DNA of 64,000 bases from Polyangiales bacterium (GTDB lineage: Bacteria; Myxococcota_A; Polyangia; Polyangiales; Ga0077539), in NCBI GenBank assembly GCA_044229975.1, contig JBGARZ010000025.1, positions 88,714 to 152,713 of the forward strand, given 5' to 3'. This document shows, in pieces, positions 44,201-54,100 of the stretch. Every line of letters starts with the position of its first letter. Positions within the stretch are counted from its first letter, which is position 1. The notes under the pieces were generated by a model. The model saw nothing but the letters and a program-made list of their open reading frames with translations, searched no databases and was not told the DNA's origin. The position numbers were made by a program, and so were the translations under genes.

Positions 44201-45491
44201 GAAGTTCCATCAAGCAGAGGCCGCGCCCGCCGGCCAGGCCGCCGCGCTCTACGAACAGGCTGCGCATGACATGGAGGCGGCCGTTGCCGCCAACCGCAAC
44301 CACCCGCAGGCGGCGCTGGCGACGTACTACGTCGCGTTGGCGTATGAGCGGACGGGTCGCTTTGATACCGCGACGCAGACCTACCAGCGCATCGCGCGTG
44401 ACTTCAACAACACCCTCGACAACGAGGGTCACGAACTCACGGGTGAAGACCGTACGCAGCGAGTGAACATCATCGAGATGTCCAACTTCCGCGCCGCGGT
44501 GAACCTCGAGCGCATCTTCGATTACGACAACTCGATCCGCTACTACGGGACGGTCGTGTCGGACGCGCGCTTCGCCAACGCTGCCGACCATGCCGACCAC
44601 GTGCATGACTCGCTCGTGTCCATCGCGACCATCAACACCAACCTCGGACGCTGGGAGGCCGCGCGCACCGCGTGGCAGAACTTCATCCCGCGCGCTGCTT
44701 CCGCCCAGGAACGCGCCGAGGCGGAGTTCCGCGCTGCGGAGATGCCCTTCCGTGCGTCCAACTGGGCTGGCGCGCTGACGTCACTCCAGGACTACCTGCG
44801 GCGCACGCCCTCGACGCCGGAGACGGCGCAGTATCGGGTGCGTGCGCAGTACAACATCGCGCTCACGCACCGCAGCCTCGGCAGCGACGCCAACTACCGC
44901 CGCGCGCTGCGCGAGGTGGTGACGGTGTTCCGCGCGTCGGGTCAGCAGCCGGGTTCGCCCGCGGCGGCCTGGGCGGCGGAGGCGCTGTTCCGCGACCTCG
45001 ACGACCAGGTGAACGCCTTCACCCAGGTGCAGTTCCAGCGCGGCGACGCGACGTCGCTTCGCCAACAGATCGACCGCTTCAAGGAGCAACTCCGGGCCAT
45101 CGACGCGGCGGCGCGCGATGTGGTGTCGCTCCGCGGTGGCGAGTACTCGATTGGCTCGCTCACTCGGCAGGGTGAGGCGCACGAGTACCTCGCCACCCAA
45201 GAGTCACGCGTGGCGACGCTGCTCGTTTCGTCCGCAGAGGAGACGCGGCGGCTCGCGGCGGCTCGCGCCCAGCTCGACCGGGCGCAGGCCACGGCGGAGC
45301 GGCTCCCCGAGAGCAATCCGCGGCGCCAGGAGATCCTCGATCAGATCCAGACCGCACGCGACCGCATCGATCAGCAGGAGCAGGAGCGCCAGGCGACGGT
45401 GCAGGCCAGCTTCGACACCGAAGCCGAGGCCGAGCGCAAGCTCGCGATCATCAACTACGGCACCGCCGTCCGCTCGTTGATGCGGCGTTGA
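41238..45491 (+). CDS. Large TPR protein, GltD/AgmU-like (probable frameshift near the 3' end)
   Basis: TPDVMFRLAELYY, SLYKVGWAFFR and many TPRs; a coding-like tail continues in another frame to TGA 45599-45601. Confidence 0.75.
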   Translation: MRASMRWRFGLLLIVAVLVGRVRSEAQPLPSPPDAGSVDAQSATNTSGAMTSGSADADAAVAPRPTSTPTLTGGPPEMRARPAPTPQQVENLRLLEAEVDGFLQRGQGFRSSVNGLLSREHDRQLGRLRAGFDRQIQAERAAEGEARRHAIQVFERFLETYPEDNERTPDVMFRLAELYYDESAYARLSAMDVADHRREELRGQGLPVDTVQDPPIDYRCSILLYRHIISRFARFRMSDSTHYLLGWVLKEMGREDEAINAYKGMVCPSRFHYDSASGLDLAAPLQPNDQPVVCPHLFDMLRPRAPELVSPAPPVVATPGSPDAAAPVVAMPELVGNQTVPIPRDYQQCEAMRGPNDLPSRYAGEVWYYIGDYHFDSARDDEGNAWSIAAYQAAMRASLRPRPVVANRAPVAAIQGAGENTTQMPAAARAQFDAATEYGVFWSKSLYKVGWAFFRMQNGYPEALRNFGLLLDYYDYVGTEAATQGNRTDTIKWIGVIFSESNWGTAPSDDGDRCQVLVDQIASPPADAPRPFDCAGILRVVSPADPAQIAAVREGTGAQRAVPVPGRPTYIAQDRPWTPEAYLELADDYFQQTKYYEAITLYRLFLALYPLHERAPRVAVNIATAYERQRQFDRAIDSRGDLGQYTEGSAWWNANNNHPDAQRFADTVARNSLHDAALHHHQEAGRLRRQALTLAGQAGGQTGAQQAQTNAEVLARLRQADAEYRAAVQAYTRFVENYPNDEAAYEFRYNRADALYWSRNYQEAARAYTEVRESNENDQYMAASAFMAVKSQEAFVRTEAQRRALDPCLAARAGIPPEQLNDEGGARLLTAEQVTTCTAPPATGTTVTELNIPAPVQALMDTRLAYANRVPASLDNPTALADVVAGEDPNNSPPFRPKFAYLNARTLLRFGHVTQAVSLYREILDVYCNDATVAGASYADLNNLFVTQGRQDEVEQLAHDQEARTCQGVNPDELRRVRIGREFRLALEKFHQAEAAPAGQAAALYEQAAHDMEAAVAANRNHPQAALATYYVALAYERTGRFDTATQTYQRIARDFNNTLDNEGHELTGEDRTQRVNIIEMSNFRAAVNLERIFDYDNSIRYYGTVVSDARFANAADHADHVHDSLVSIATINTNLGRWEAARTAWQNFIPRAASAQERAEAEFRAAEMPFRASNWAGALTSLQDYLRRTPSTPETAQYRVRAQYNIALTHRSLGSDANYRRALREVVTVFRASGQQPGSPAAAWAAEALFRDLDDQVNAFTQVQFQRGDATSLRQQIDRFKEQLRAIDAAARDVVSLRGGEYSIGSLTRQGEAHEYLATQESRVATLLVSSAEETRRLAAARAQLDRAQATAERLPESNPRRQEILDQIQTARDRIDQQEQERQATVQASFDTEAEAERKLAIINYGTAVRSLMRR

Positions 45492-45597
45492 GCCAGCAGC
45501 GGGTGTTCGAGTACCGCCAGGGCATGTTCGACGGCGAGGCGCCCGGCGCCACGGTGTCGCAGACCACGCCCCTCGCCAACCCCGGTCTCGTCGGCGA

Positions 45598-47172
45598 ATG
45601 ACCCGAGGAACGATGCGCTCCACCCACTCCACCACCGCGGTCCTGGCCTTGTTGCTCGGGCTGTCGGCCAACGCGTGCTCATCCACCCCGGAGCCGACCA
45701 CCCCGCCCACGCCGCAGACCAGCTCGGGTGGTGACAACACCGCCGACGCGGGCCTGCCCTCGGAGTCCGACGCGTCCACCGCGCCGACGCCGCCGACGCC
45801 CGCTGCGCCGGTCACACCGACCCCCGCTCCGACGCCAGAGACGCCCGCGCCCGCGGCGCAGACCACCGCGTCGGGCAGCTCGCGCGTCACCCTCACAGGG
45901 TCGGCGCGGAGCTCGTTCGATCAGGGCCTGCAGGCCGCCCGCGCGGGGCAGCTCGAACAGGCGATGCAAGCCTTCCAGGCCGCCATGAGCGCCGAGCCCC
46001 GCGCGGCGCAGGCGGCCTATAACGCGGCCGTCGTGGCTGAGCGGCAAGGCAACGACGGCGCCGCCGACGGGCTCTACACCCGCGCGCTCGCGATGCAGCC
46101 CGACTACGACCTCGCGGTGGTCGGTCGTGCCCGCATGCTGGTGCGTCAGCGTCGCATCCCCGAGGCGGTCTCCTTCGCCGCGGCCGTCGCGCGCGCCAAC
46201 CCGCGCAACGCTCTCATCCGCTCGGAGTACGCGCGGCTGCTGGTGTTGAACAACCGCGCCAACGAGGCCATCGAGGAGGCCCGCCAGGTGCTGCGCTTCG
46301 ACGAGCGCTCGGTCGCCGCAAGGCTCGCCGTGGCCGAGGCGTACCGCTCGCTCAGCCGCCTCGACCTCGCGCTCTACATCGTCAACGATCTCATCAACGG
46401 CGCCGACCCCAACCACCAGAACAACGGTGCGGGCGCCAGCAACCCCGAGGTGCAGCACCTGCGGGGGCTTCTCCAGATCGAGGTGGAGCGCAACGTGCCG
46501 GCGGCGATCCAGTCGTTTCAGCGCGCGGTGCAGCTCTCGCCGGAGTACGCCGAGGCGCGCAACAACCTCGGGGTGCAGTTTCTCAACGCCGGCAACTACC
46601 AGCAGGCCGTGGAGAACCTCGCCGCCGCTGTCGCGCTCGCGCCGAGCTGGGCCAAGGCGCACCTCAACTACGGCGACGCGCTCCGGGCGACACGGCAGTA
46701 CGACCAGGCCATGGCGGAGTTCACGCGGGTGGGGCAGCTCGATACGACGCTGCTGGAGGTTCACTACAACACCGGCCGCCTCTACGCCGATCAGGCGCGC
46801 GACGCGACGGGCAACGCGGTGGAGCAGATCCAGCGCAAGGTGACGCTGCTCCAGCAGGCGCAGGCGGCGTTCACGCGCTTCCGCGACGGGCTCGGCGGGC
46901 AGTACGCGACGCATGCGCGGCACGATGACGTCGAGGCGCAGCTCACGCGCCTCCCACAGGCGATCCAGCGCGCACAGACCGCCCTCCAGCGTGCACAAGC
47001 CGCGGCGCGGCGCAACGCGGCCACACCGGCGACACCCACGCCCGCTCCGACCACAGCACCCGCTCCCGCGGCGGCTCCCGCACCGGACGCGGCTCCGGCG
47101 CCAAGCGCGACGCCCGCTCCGGCGTCTGACGCTGCACCCGCTCCCGCGGCCCCGACGACCAACGCGCCATGA
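45598..47172 (+). CDS. TPR lipoprotein, GltE/AglT-like
   Basis: ANAC lipobox; TPRs (AEARNNLGV, AHLNYGDALR); start may be ATG 45613. Confidence 0.75.
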   Translation: MTRGTMRSTHSTTAVLALLLGLSANACSSTPEPTTPPTPQTSSGGDNTADAGLPSESDASTAPTPPTPAAPVTPTPAPTPETPAPAAQTTASGSSRVTLTGSARSSFDQGLQAARAGQLEQAMQAFQAAMSAEPRAAQAAYNAAVVAERQGNDGAADGLYTRALAMQPDYDLAVVGRARMLVRQRRIPEAVSFAAAVARANPRNALIRSEYARLLVLNNRANEAIEEARQVLRFDERSVAARLAVAEAYRSLSRLDLALYIVNDLINGADPNHQNNGAGASNPEVQHLRGLLQIEVERNVPAAIQSFQRAVQLSPEYAEARNNLGVQFLNAGNYQQAVENLAAAVALAPSWAKAHLNYGDALRATRQYDQAMAEFTRVGQLDTTLLEVHYNTGRLYADQARDATGNAVEQIQRKVTLLQQAQAAFTRFRDGLGGQYATHARHDDVEAQLTRLPQAIQRAQTALQRAQAAARRNAATPATPTPAPTTAPAPAAAPAPDAAPAPSATPAPASDAAPAPAAPTTNAP

Positions 47173-47531
47173 CAACCCCTGTGAGGCTTCCGATGCGAAC
47201 GATGTCCCGATCGGTTCTCGCTGTGGCGACGGGCGTCGCGGTGATGTGCATGGGGGTGGCGCAGGCCCAGGTCCCGCCCCCGGCGCCTGCTCCGGCGACC
47301 GATACCCCCGCGGCGACTCCGCCCGCCAATCAGGACGTCGCGGCGACGGTGCGCACCGAAAACGGGCGCCGTGTCTATGTGGCGAGCACCACCATCGAGG
47401 TGCGCGGGGAGATCCAGCGCCCGTACGCCTTCTCGGTGTCAGGGCGTTCGAGTCTCGGGTACTCGTACTTCGAGGCGCCCGTGCACTTCATTCGCGAGAT
47501 CGTGGACGCGGTACGACGGCCCCCGTTCTGA
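47169..47531 (+). CDS. Small secreted protein, GltF/CglF-like
   Basis: IEVRGEIQRP...FIREIVDAV pattern; lies between the gltE-like and gltG-like genes. Confidence 0.65.
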   Translation: MTTPVRLPMRTMSRSVLAVATGVAVMCMGVAQAQVPPPAPAPATDTPAATPPANQDVAATVRTENGRRVYVASTTIEVRGEIQRPYAFSVSGRSSLGYSYFEAPVHFIREIVDAVRRPPF

Positions 47532-47619
47532 TCACACGCCCCACGCGAAGGGTAGGAACCTTTCCCGCGTGGCGGTAGTCTCAACGGGTTGAGAGTTCGA
47601 TTGACGGAGGCGATGGACG

Positions 47620-49101
47620 ATGGCGCAGCAGAATCCCCCCCCGCGCGGTAGCAGACCCGGCGCGATGACCCAGGCGATGGCCGCCCAGAAGGTGGCCACC
47701 GGCCCGAAGGTGCTGCGCATCGGTGTGATGCAGGGCACGCGGATGTCCGAAGAGCGGATCATCCGTGACCGCGGCACCGTCTCGGTCGGCACCACGGAGC
47801 GCAACACCTTCACCGTGGCGTCGTCGGAGCTGCCCTCGACCTTCGAGCTGTTCTCCATGGTGGGCGGCCAGTACCTCCTGAACTTCACCGAGAAGATGGA
47901 GGGGCAGCTCGCGCTACCGGAGGGCATCAAGAAGCTCAACGATCTGCGCAACAGCCCCAACGTGAAGCGCGGCCCGGCGGGCTGGCAGGTGCAGCTCGCG
48001 GAGACCTCGCGCGGCAAGATCCAGATGGGGGGGGTGACCTTCCTCTTCCAGTTCGTGGTTCCGCCGCCTCCGCAGCCGAAGCCGCAGCTCCCCGCCGCCA
48101 TCCGCGCCGGCTGGGTCAAGAACATCGACTGGACCTACAACGCCTGCTTCTCGGCCTTCCTCGTGATGGCCATCGCGAGCATCGCGTACGTCGAATACGT
48201 CTACGACCCCATCGTCGACGACGAGCTCTCCCTCGACGACTCGCGCCTCGTGCGCCTGCTCGCCACCCCGCCGCCCGTCGAAGAGCCCGAGCCCACCCCG
48301 ACCGAAGCCGCGAGCGAAGACCCCGCAGCCCCCGCGGCCCCGACGGCGCCGGCCGAGCATCGTCCCCAGCCTTCGGCGGCCGAGCGTGAGGCGCAGCGCA
48401 CCGCGGCGGCCGAGCGTCGCAGCGAAGCGGCTGCGGCTGCGGCCAACCGGGCGGTCGACGCCGCCCTCAACGCGCTCAACAACAGCGCCGAATTTGCGGC
48501 CCTCACAGGCGCCAATGACACCGGCCGCGGCAGCGCTCGCGACGCGCTCGCCAACGGCGGTCTCCAGACCGGCACCGCCGCGGACCTCGCCAACGTCGGG
48601 GGCATCAGCACGGCCAGCGGGTCGAGCGTTCGCCGTGGCAGCGTGGCGTCGGCGGGCGGCAACGGCCTCGGTGGCCGCGGTCTCGGGCAGGGCGGCACCG
48701 TGGCCTCCGGCGGCGACGGCATCGGTAGCGGGCAGGAGATCGTGCGCGAGCGCGTGATCCGCGGCGAGGCCAACATGGGCGGCGGCGACACGACGGGCGG
48801 CGAAGGCACCGTCGACGCCAACGCCGTCGCGCGCATCATCCGCGGTCAGCTCGGCGGCATCCGCGCCTGCTACGAGCGCGAGCTGCGCAACAACCCGACG
48901 CTCTCGGGTCGTCTCGAGATGAGCTTCACCATCGGCACCTCCGGCCGCATCACCAGCATCTCGGCGGGCGGGCCGCTCGCCTCGTCGTCCCCGCCGGTCG
49001 GGTCGTGCGTGAGCGGTCGACTCCGCGGGCTGGTGTTTCCGACGCCCGAAAACGGCAGCGTGGAGTTCAGCTTCCCGTTCACGTTTACGCCCGGCGGCTG
49101 A
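47620..49101 (+). CDS. GltG/PglI-like inner-membrane protein with TonB-C-like (AgmX/PglI) C-terminal domain
   Basis: N-terminal FHA-like region, TM segment, Pro/Gly-rich linker, IRACYERELRNNPTLSGR...FPFTF. Confidence 0.82.
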   Translation: MAQQNPPPRGSRPGAMTQAMAAQKVATGPKVLRIGVMQGTRMSEERIIRDRGTVSVGTTERNTFTVASSELPSTFELFSMVGGQYLLNFTEKMEGQLALPEGIKKLNDLRNSPNVKRGPAGWQVQLAETSRGKIQMGGVTFLFQFVVPPPPQPKPQLPAAIRAGWVKNIDWTYNACFSAFLVMAIASIAYVEYVYDPIVDDELSLDDSRLVRLLATPPPVEEPEPTPTEAASEDPAAPAAPTAPAEHRPQPSAAEREAQRTAAAERRSEAAAAAANRAVDAALNALNNSAEFAALTGANDTGRGSARDALANGGLQTGTAADLANVGGISTASGSSVRRGSVASAGGNGLGGRGLGQGGTVASGGDGIGSGQEIVRERVIRGEANMGGGDTTGGEGTVDANAVARIIRGQLGGIRACYERELRNNPTLSGRLEMSFTIGTSGRITSISAGGPLASSSPPVGSCVSGRLRGLVFPTPENGSVEFSFPFTFTPGG

Positions 49102-49120
49102 TCACAGTGGTCGGCTGACG

Positions 49121-49164
49121 CGCCGCCCTCGCGGAGAGCTCAACGGCTCTCCCCGAGGGCGGTG
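49121..49164. terminator. Stem-loop between convergent genes (likely terminator)
   Basis: CGCCGCCCTCGCGGAGAGC-tcaacg-GCTCTCCCCGAGGGCGGTG. Confidence 0.7.
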
Positions 49165-49176
49165 GTCATTTCGGGG

Positions 49177-50358
49177 TCAGCGCGGGCGGCACATGCTGGC
49201 GGGCTGGTTCATCCCGCTCGGCCGACCCACCGTGAAGGTGCGGTCGCAGACCGGCGCGGTGGCGGGGCAGTCAGCGTCGCTGGTGCATGGAGCGATGCAG
49301 TACCCGGTGGTGGCGCTGGTCGTCTGTGAGCACAGGATGTTGCGGCAGGTGGTCGTGCTTCCGCTCGGGTTGCACGCCTCGCCGGCCCGCCCGGTGAGGC
49401 TCGCCGAGGGGACCACGCACGCGAAGTCCATGCGATCGGCGATGTAGTTGAGCCGCGGCATGCAGGCCGAGTCGGCGGGGCAATCGGCGTCGCGCGCGCA
49501 CATCGGCGCGCACACGCCGAGCGTCGTGGTCGGGCCCATCGCGAGCGGCGTGAAGAACAGGTTGAGGCACCGGTGGTTGGCGCCGTGGGTCATGCAGGCG
49601 GTGTCGCCCGTGGGCCCGAGCTGGCACGCCTCGCTGCAGTGCCCACCGGTACACACGCCCGACATGCAGCCGCTCGCGTTGGTGCACGCCGCGCCGTAGG
49701 CCCCGGCGCCCGGCGGGGCGACGCACCGGAAGCACCCGCGCGAGAGGATGGCCGTGCCCGCGTCGGTCACCCCGGCGTCCGCGCCTCCAGTGCAGGTGAA
49801 GAGCCCGCTGCACGCCTGGCCCGACGGACAATCCCCGCTGCGGGTGCACTCGTCGGTCTCGCGCGTCGCGGGCGCGCGGCAGGTCATCGCGTCGCAGTAC
49901 CCGCCGTTGAAGCACGCGCGGCCGAGGCAGCAGGGCTGGCCCGCCATGCCGCAGTTGATGGGCGGCATGTGGGCGTCGGGCGAGGGGCCGTCGGTCGGCG
50001 TCGCGGGCACGTCGCTCTGCGATCCGAGGTCGCCCGTCGAGGGGGTGTCCGTGGCGACGCCCGCGTCGTTGGCGACGCCCGTATCGACCGGCATGACGTC
50101 GTTGGGGAGCGTTCCGCTGTCGGTGCCGGCGGTCACGCAGCGGGCAGTGGAGCCCGAGCCCTCGCAGGTCTCGCCGGTGCCGCACGCGGGGTTGCACGCG
50201 CTCACGCACATTCCCGCGGGCGAGCACACCGTCCCCGAGCGACACGCCGGGAAGCACATCACGCCGCTCACGGCGGGGTTGTCGCCGCTGCACCCGGCGA
50301 GCGCCGAGGCCGCGAACATCCATGCGAAGACCCACCGCGATCGCACCCGCTTGCTCAT
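49177..50358 (-). CDS. Cys-rich repeat lipoprotein
   Basis: LAGC lipobox; CxxDxDCP repeats. Confidence 0.8.
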   Translation of the reverse strand: MSKRVRSRWVFAWMFAASALAGCSGDNPAVSGVMCFPACRSGTVCSPAGMCVSACNPACGTGETCEGSGSTARCVTAGTDSGTLPNDVMPVDTGVANDAGVATDTPSTGDLGSQSDVPATPTDGPSPDAHMPPINCGMAGQPCCLGRACFNGGYCDAMTCRAPATRETDECTRSGDCPSGQACSGLFTCTGGADAGVTDAGTAILSRGCFRCVAPPGAGAYGAACTNASGCMSGVCTGGHCSEACQLGPTGDTACMTHGANHRCLNLFFTPLAMGPTTTLGVCAPMCARDADCPADSACMPRLNYIADRMDFACVVPSASLTGRAGEACNPSGSTTTCRNILCSQTTSATTGYCIAPCTSDADCPATAPVCDRTFTVGRPSGMNQPASMCRPR

Positions 50359-50432
50359 GACAATTGGCTATCACGGCTGCGGGTGGCGCGGCCATCGGGG
50401 CGGTCTGCTAGGGTCGCGCGAGGACAGAGGCA

Positions 50433-51182
50433 GTGACGGCGGTTGGCGAGCGAGGACGGAGGCACTGGGGGTACGTCGCCCTCGCCGTGCTCGCCGTCGG
50501 ATCGATGGGCATCGGGGGGCGCCGACGGAGGTGCCCCGCGGGGATGCTCTCCATCGCGGGGGAGTTCTGCATCGAGCGCTACGAGGGCTCGCTCGTCGAG
50601 GTGCTCCCGCGTGGTCGCACCCGCCCATGGAGCCCCTTCGTGTCGCCGCGACCGGGCGTGCGTGTGCGCGCCGTCTCCGTCGCCCGTGCCTTCCCCCAGG
50701 GGTACATCTCGCAGGTGCAGGCGCGCGCCGCGTGCCGGGCCGCAGGTCGCCGCCTCTGCGCCGAGGCCGAGTGGGTGCGCGCTTGCCGTGGGCCGTCGCC
50801 GAGCACGTGGCCTTACGGGCCGACGTATGTTCCGCGGCGCTGCAACGACGACCGCGAGGGGCCTGTGCGGCGCATCTTCGGCGTCGGCGACGTCTTTCAC
50901 GAAGTCCAGATGAACGACCCGCGCCTCAACCAGCTCCCCAACACCCTCGCGCGCAGCGGATCGCACCCGCGTTGCCGCAACCGCTTCGGCGTCTTCGACA
51001 TGGTGGGCAACCTCCACGAGTGGGTCGAGGCCACCACGCGCACCGGTCGCGGGGTGTTTCGCGGCGGGTACTACGTCGACGTGCACGTCAACGGCTCCGG
51101 CTGCGAGTACGCCACGCGCGCCCACAACCCGACCTACCGCGACTACTCCATCGGCTTCCGCTGCTGCGCCGACCTCCGCTGA
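50433..51182 (+). CDS. FGE-sulfatase (SUMF1) domain protein
   Basis: FCIERYE, RRLCAEAEWVRAC, GVFDMVGNLHEW, GFRCC. Confidence 0.88.
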   Translation: MTAVGERGRRHWGYVALAVLAVGSMGIGGRRRRCPAGMLSIAGEFCIERYEGSLVEVLPRGRTRPWSPFVSPRPGVRVRAVSVARAFPQGYISQVQARAACRAAGRRLCAEAEWVRACRGPSPSTWPYGPTYVPRRCNDDREGPVRRIFGVGDVFHEVQMNDPRLNQLPNTLARSGSHPRCRNRFGVFDMVGNLHEWVEATTRTGRGVFRGGYYVDVHVNGSGCEYATRAHNPTYRDYSIGFRCCADLR

Positions 51183-51192
51183 ACCACCGCCG

Positions 51193-54100
51193 TCAGTTGT
51201 GCGGGAAGATCGGCTCCAGCAGGAAGTCGTCGGCCATCACATGGCCCCACGCGCCGGTGGCGTTGTCGTAGATCTCGATGGTCGCGCGACGACCACGCCA
51301 GGGGCGCACGTCCCAGAACTCGCGCTTCAGGCCCTCGTTGTCGGGACCTCCCGTGCGGCGCACGGCCTCGCCGTTGACCATCAGCCGAACGCCCTGCTCC
51401 TCGACGTGGGACCCGCCGCCGATGAGGAAGGAGATCGCGTCGGTGGTGATGGTGAACTCTCGCGATCGGAGCGTGCCCACTGCGGCGTCGCCGGCCCGAT
51501 TGAACGACGTCGCGTAGCGCTGTCCGCGCCAGCCGTTGACGAAGGTCTGCCCCGCCGGGAGGTCGTGCACCGGGCCGAGGTTGAAGGCCGTCCCGGTGGC
51601 GGTCCACCCGGTGTACCTCGGTGACTCGAAGGAGCCCTCGACGAGGTCGAAGGGCGCCACGCTGCGCGTCCACGGTGCGACCAGACCGACCCGCGCGCAG
51701 TCGCCTTCGCCCGCCCGATGCGGCCGACCCGCGAGCGTCGCGTAGGCCTGCGCGAAGGTCGGGTCCCACGCCTCGCGACACGACACCGTCGCGGCCAGGC
51801 GCCCCGCCTCCTCGACCTCGCCGCGCGCCAGATATCCACGCGCCACCACCAGACGCGCCCACGGCATGAGCGGGACGACGCCGGTGCGGTCGATCATCGC
51901 CGCGGCCTCCGCCGAGCGCCCGATGGAGCCCAGCATGATGAGCGCCTCGTCGAACTCCGCGTGCGCTTCGCCCGCCGCCGGGAGGTTGTCGAGCGCCCAG
52001 GCCATGTTCTGGTAGGCGGCAGCCTCGCGCCCGCCGTCGTACTCGTTGCGCCGCTGCGCGCGCAGCGTCTCGGCGCGCCGCCGCATCCAGCTCCGCCGCG
52101 GGTCGAGCATCACCGCGTCCCGCGCCAGGGAGAACGCCTCGTCGAGCTGTCGCCCCCGCTCCGCCGCGCGCGATCGGTCGGCCATGCGCTCGGCCACGCG
52201 CTGCACCATGGCCGTCGTCTGCGGGTCGTTGCGACCGAAGCGCCGCGCCTGCGCCGCCAGCTCGTAGGCCATCGCGAACTGCGACTGCGAGGCGAGGGTG
52301 AGCGATCGTTCGGCGAGCGCCCGCGCGTAGCGCGCCACCAGGAGCTGCGCGTCGGTCTCGGTCTCCTCCAGCGCGCGGATGCGCAGCGCGAGCACGAGCC
52401 GTCGCGCGTCGTGCAGCTTGCCGCGTCGCAGGAGGTCGTCCAGGGAGCGGCTCACCTGATCGAGCTCGCGTCGCGCCTCGCCGCGCGCCACCGTCACCTC
52501 GCCGAGCGTCGCTTCGGTCTGGTCGTTGCGCCAGCGGATCTCGTAACGGCCCGGCGCTCCCAACACCATGCGCGCCCGCGCCCACGGTCGCTCGCCCGGG
52601 AAGAAGCCCGACGCCGGGACGAGGTCACCCGCCGGGTGCACCGCCACCGAGACACGCGTGCCCCCACCGATGGGCTCGGCCACGAGGCTGCCCGCGTTGA
52701 CCTCCGCGCCGTGCGCGAAGCTCACCTCGATGCGCAGCGCGGCGCCCGGGTCGATGCCGCGCGCCGAGAGCGTGTACCCGTCGAGGCGCCCCGACGGGCC
52801 GTTGGAGAAGAGCGGACCGGTGTGGGACTCCTCGGTCCACGGCGCAGCGAGAACGTCGCGGCGGACGTAGTTGCTCGCGTCGTCGTGCTCGGCGCTGATG
52901 AAGCCCGGCAGGCGGAAGTAGGACAGCTCCAGCTCTTCGAGGCGTTCGAGGTTGACGGCGGCGTACCAGGCGCCGTGCAGGTGCACGAAGGTCGGGCGGC
53001 GCTCGTGGAAGATGGCCTCGCGCATCCCCGGCTCGTCCTGCGGGTGCGTGCGCGCGATGGCCACGTCGCCGAGCCCGAAGAGGTCGATCACCTCCAGGCC
53101 CGAGTCGTAGCTCATGCCGCCGACGTCGGGGTCGAGCACCGAGGCGTTGCGAAGATCGAGCACGCGCGCGGCGGCGGCGAAGTACCGCGCCCGTCCACGA
53201 ACCACCGAGAACTCCAGCGTGTCGTGGCGGCGCGTCGTGGTGAAGCGCCCGGGATAGGTGTGCGTCGTCTCCTTGAGCACCAGCCACAGCGCGAAGGGCG
53301 TCAGCAGGATGGCGACGGGCGCGCGCAGGCTGCGTGGCGCGGCGACGACGATGACCCGCGCGAGCGAGCGCACGGCCTCGGCGATGGCGAGCGCCAGCAG
53401 CGGCGCGACGAAGGTGAGGAAGCGCCACTCCTCCATCCAGTCGCCGTGCGAGTAGATGGGGAAGAAGAGGCCCACCGCGACGCAGAGGAGGAGCCCGAGG
53501 CGGGCCACCGGGGCGCGCAGCGCGAGGAGCAGCGCGGGCACCACCGCGAGGGCGCGCGTGAGGCCGTAGGTCTGCACGAACTGCCGCACGTAGACCCAGC
53601 CGGCGGAGTCGAACTTCGTGAGGTCCTTACCGAAGTCGAAGGTTCGCTTCTTCGTGTAGAAGCTGTTGGGGAAGGGCCACGCGAAGTACGCGAGGCGGAA
53701 GAGCTCGAGCGCCCCGACCATGAGCCCGAGGGTGAGGGCCCAGCGGAGGTCCTGCTTGCGGGGCTTGCCCATCACGATGCGGAAGCCGCGCGCGCCCGCC
53801 ACGGCGAAGGCGTAGAGCGCACCATCGGGGCGCGTCGCGAAGAGCAACCCCAGTGTCACCGACGACCAGGGGAAGCGCTCGGGGTCGTGTTCTTCCCAGG
53901 CGAGCGCGGTCACGGTCGCGGCGGCGAGAAACTGGAAGAGCCCGTTTTCGAGGCCCGAGGTGGTCCACAGCGCGGAGTGCGCGAAGGTGGCAGCCACGAG
54001 GGGGGCGACGAGGTCGTAGTAGCGGGGCTTGCGCTGGTAGGCGACGGCGGGGAAGGCCGCGATGGCGCAGAGAGCGAAGGACGCGAAGGCGAGCCCGAGG

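Noticed and set aside
40911..44606. Very long antisense ORFs (1231 aa here; also 8479-11199, 51718-54519, 24381-26213)
   Set aside because: Shadow ORFs opposite well-supported genes, expected in high-GC DNA; no recognisable motifs.
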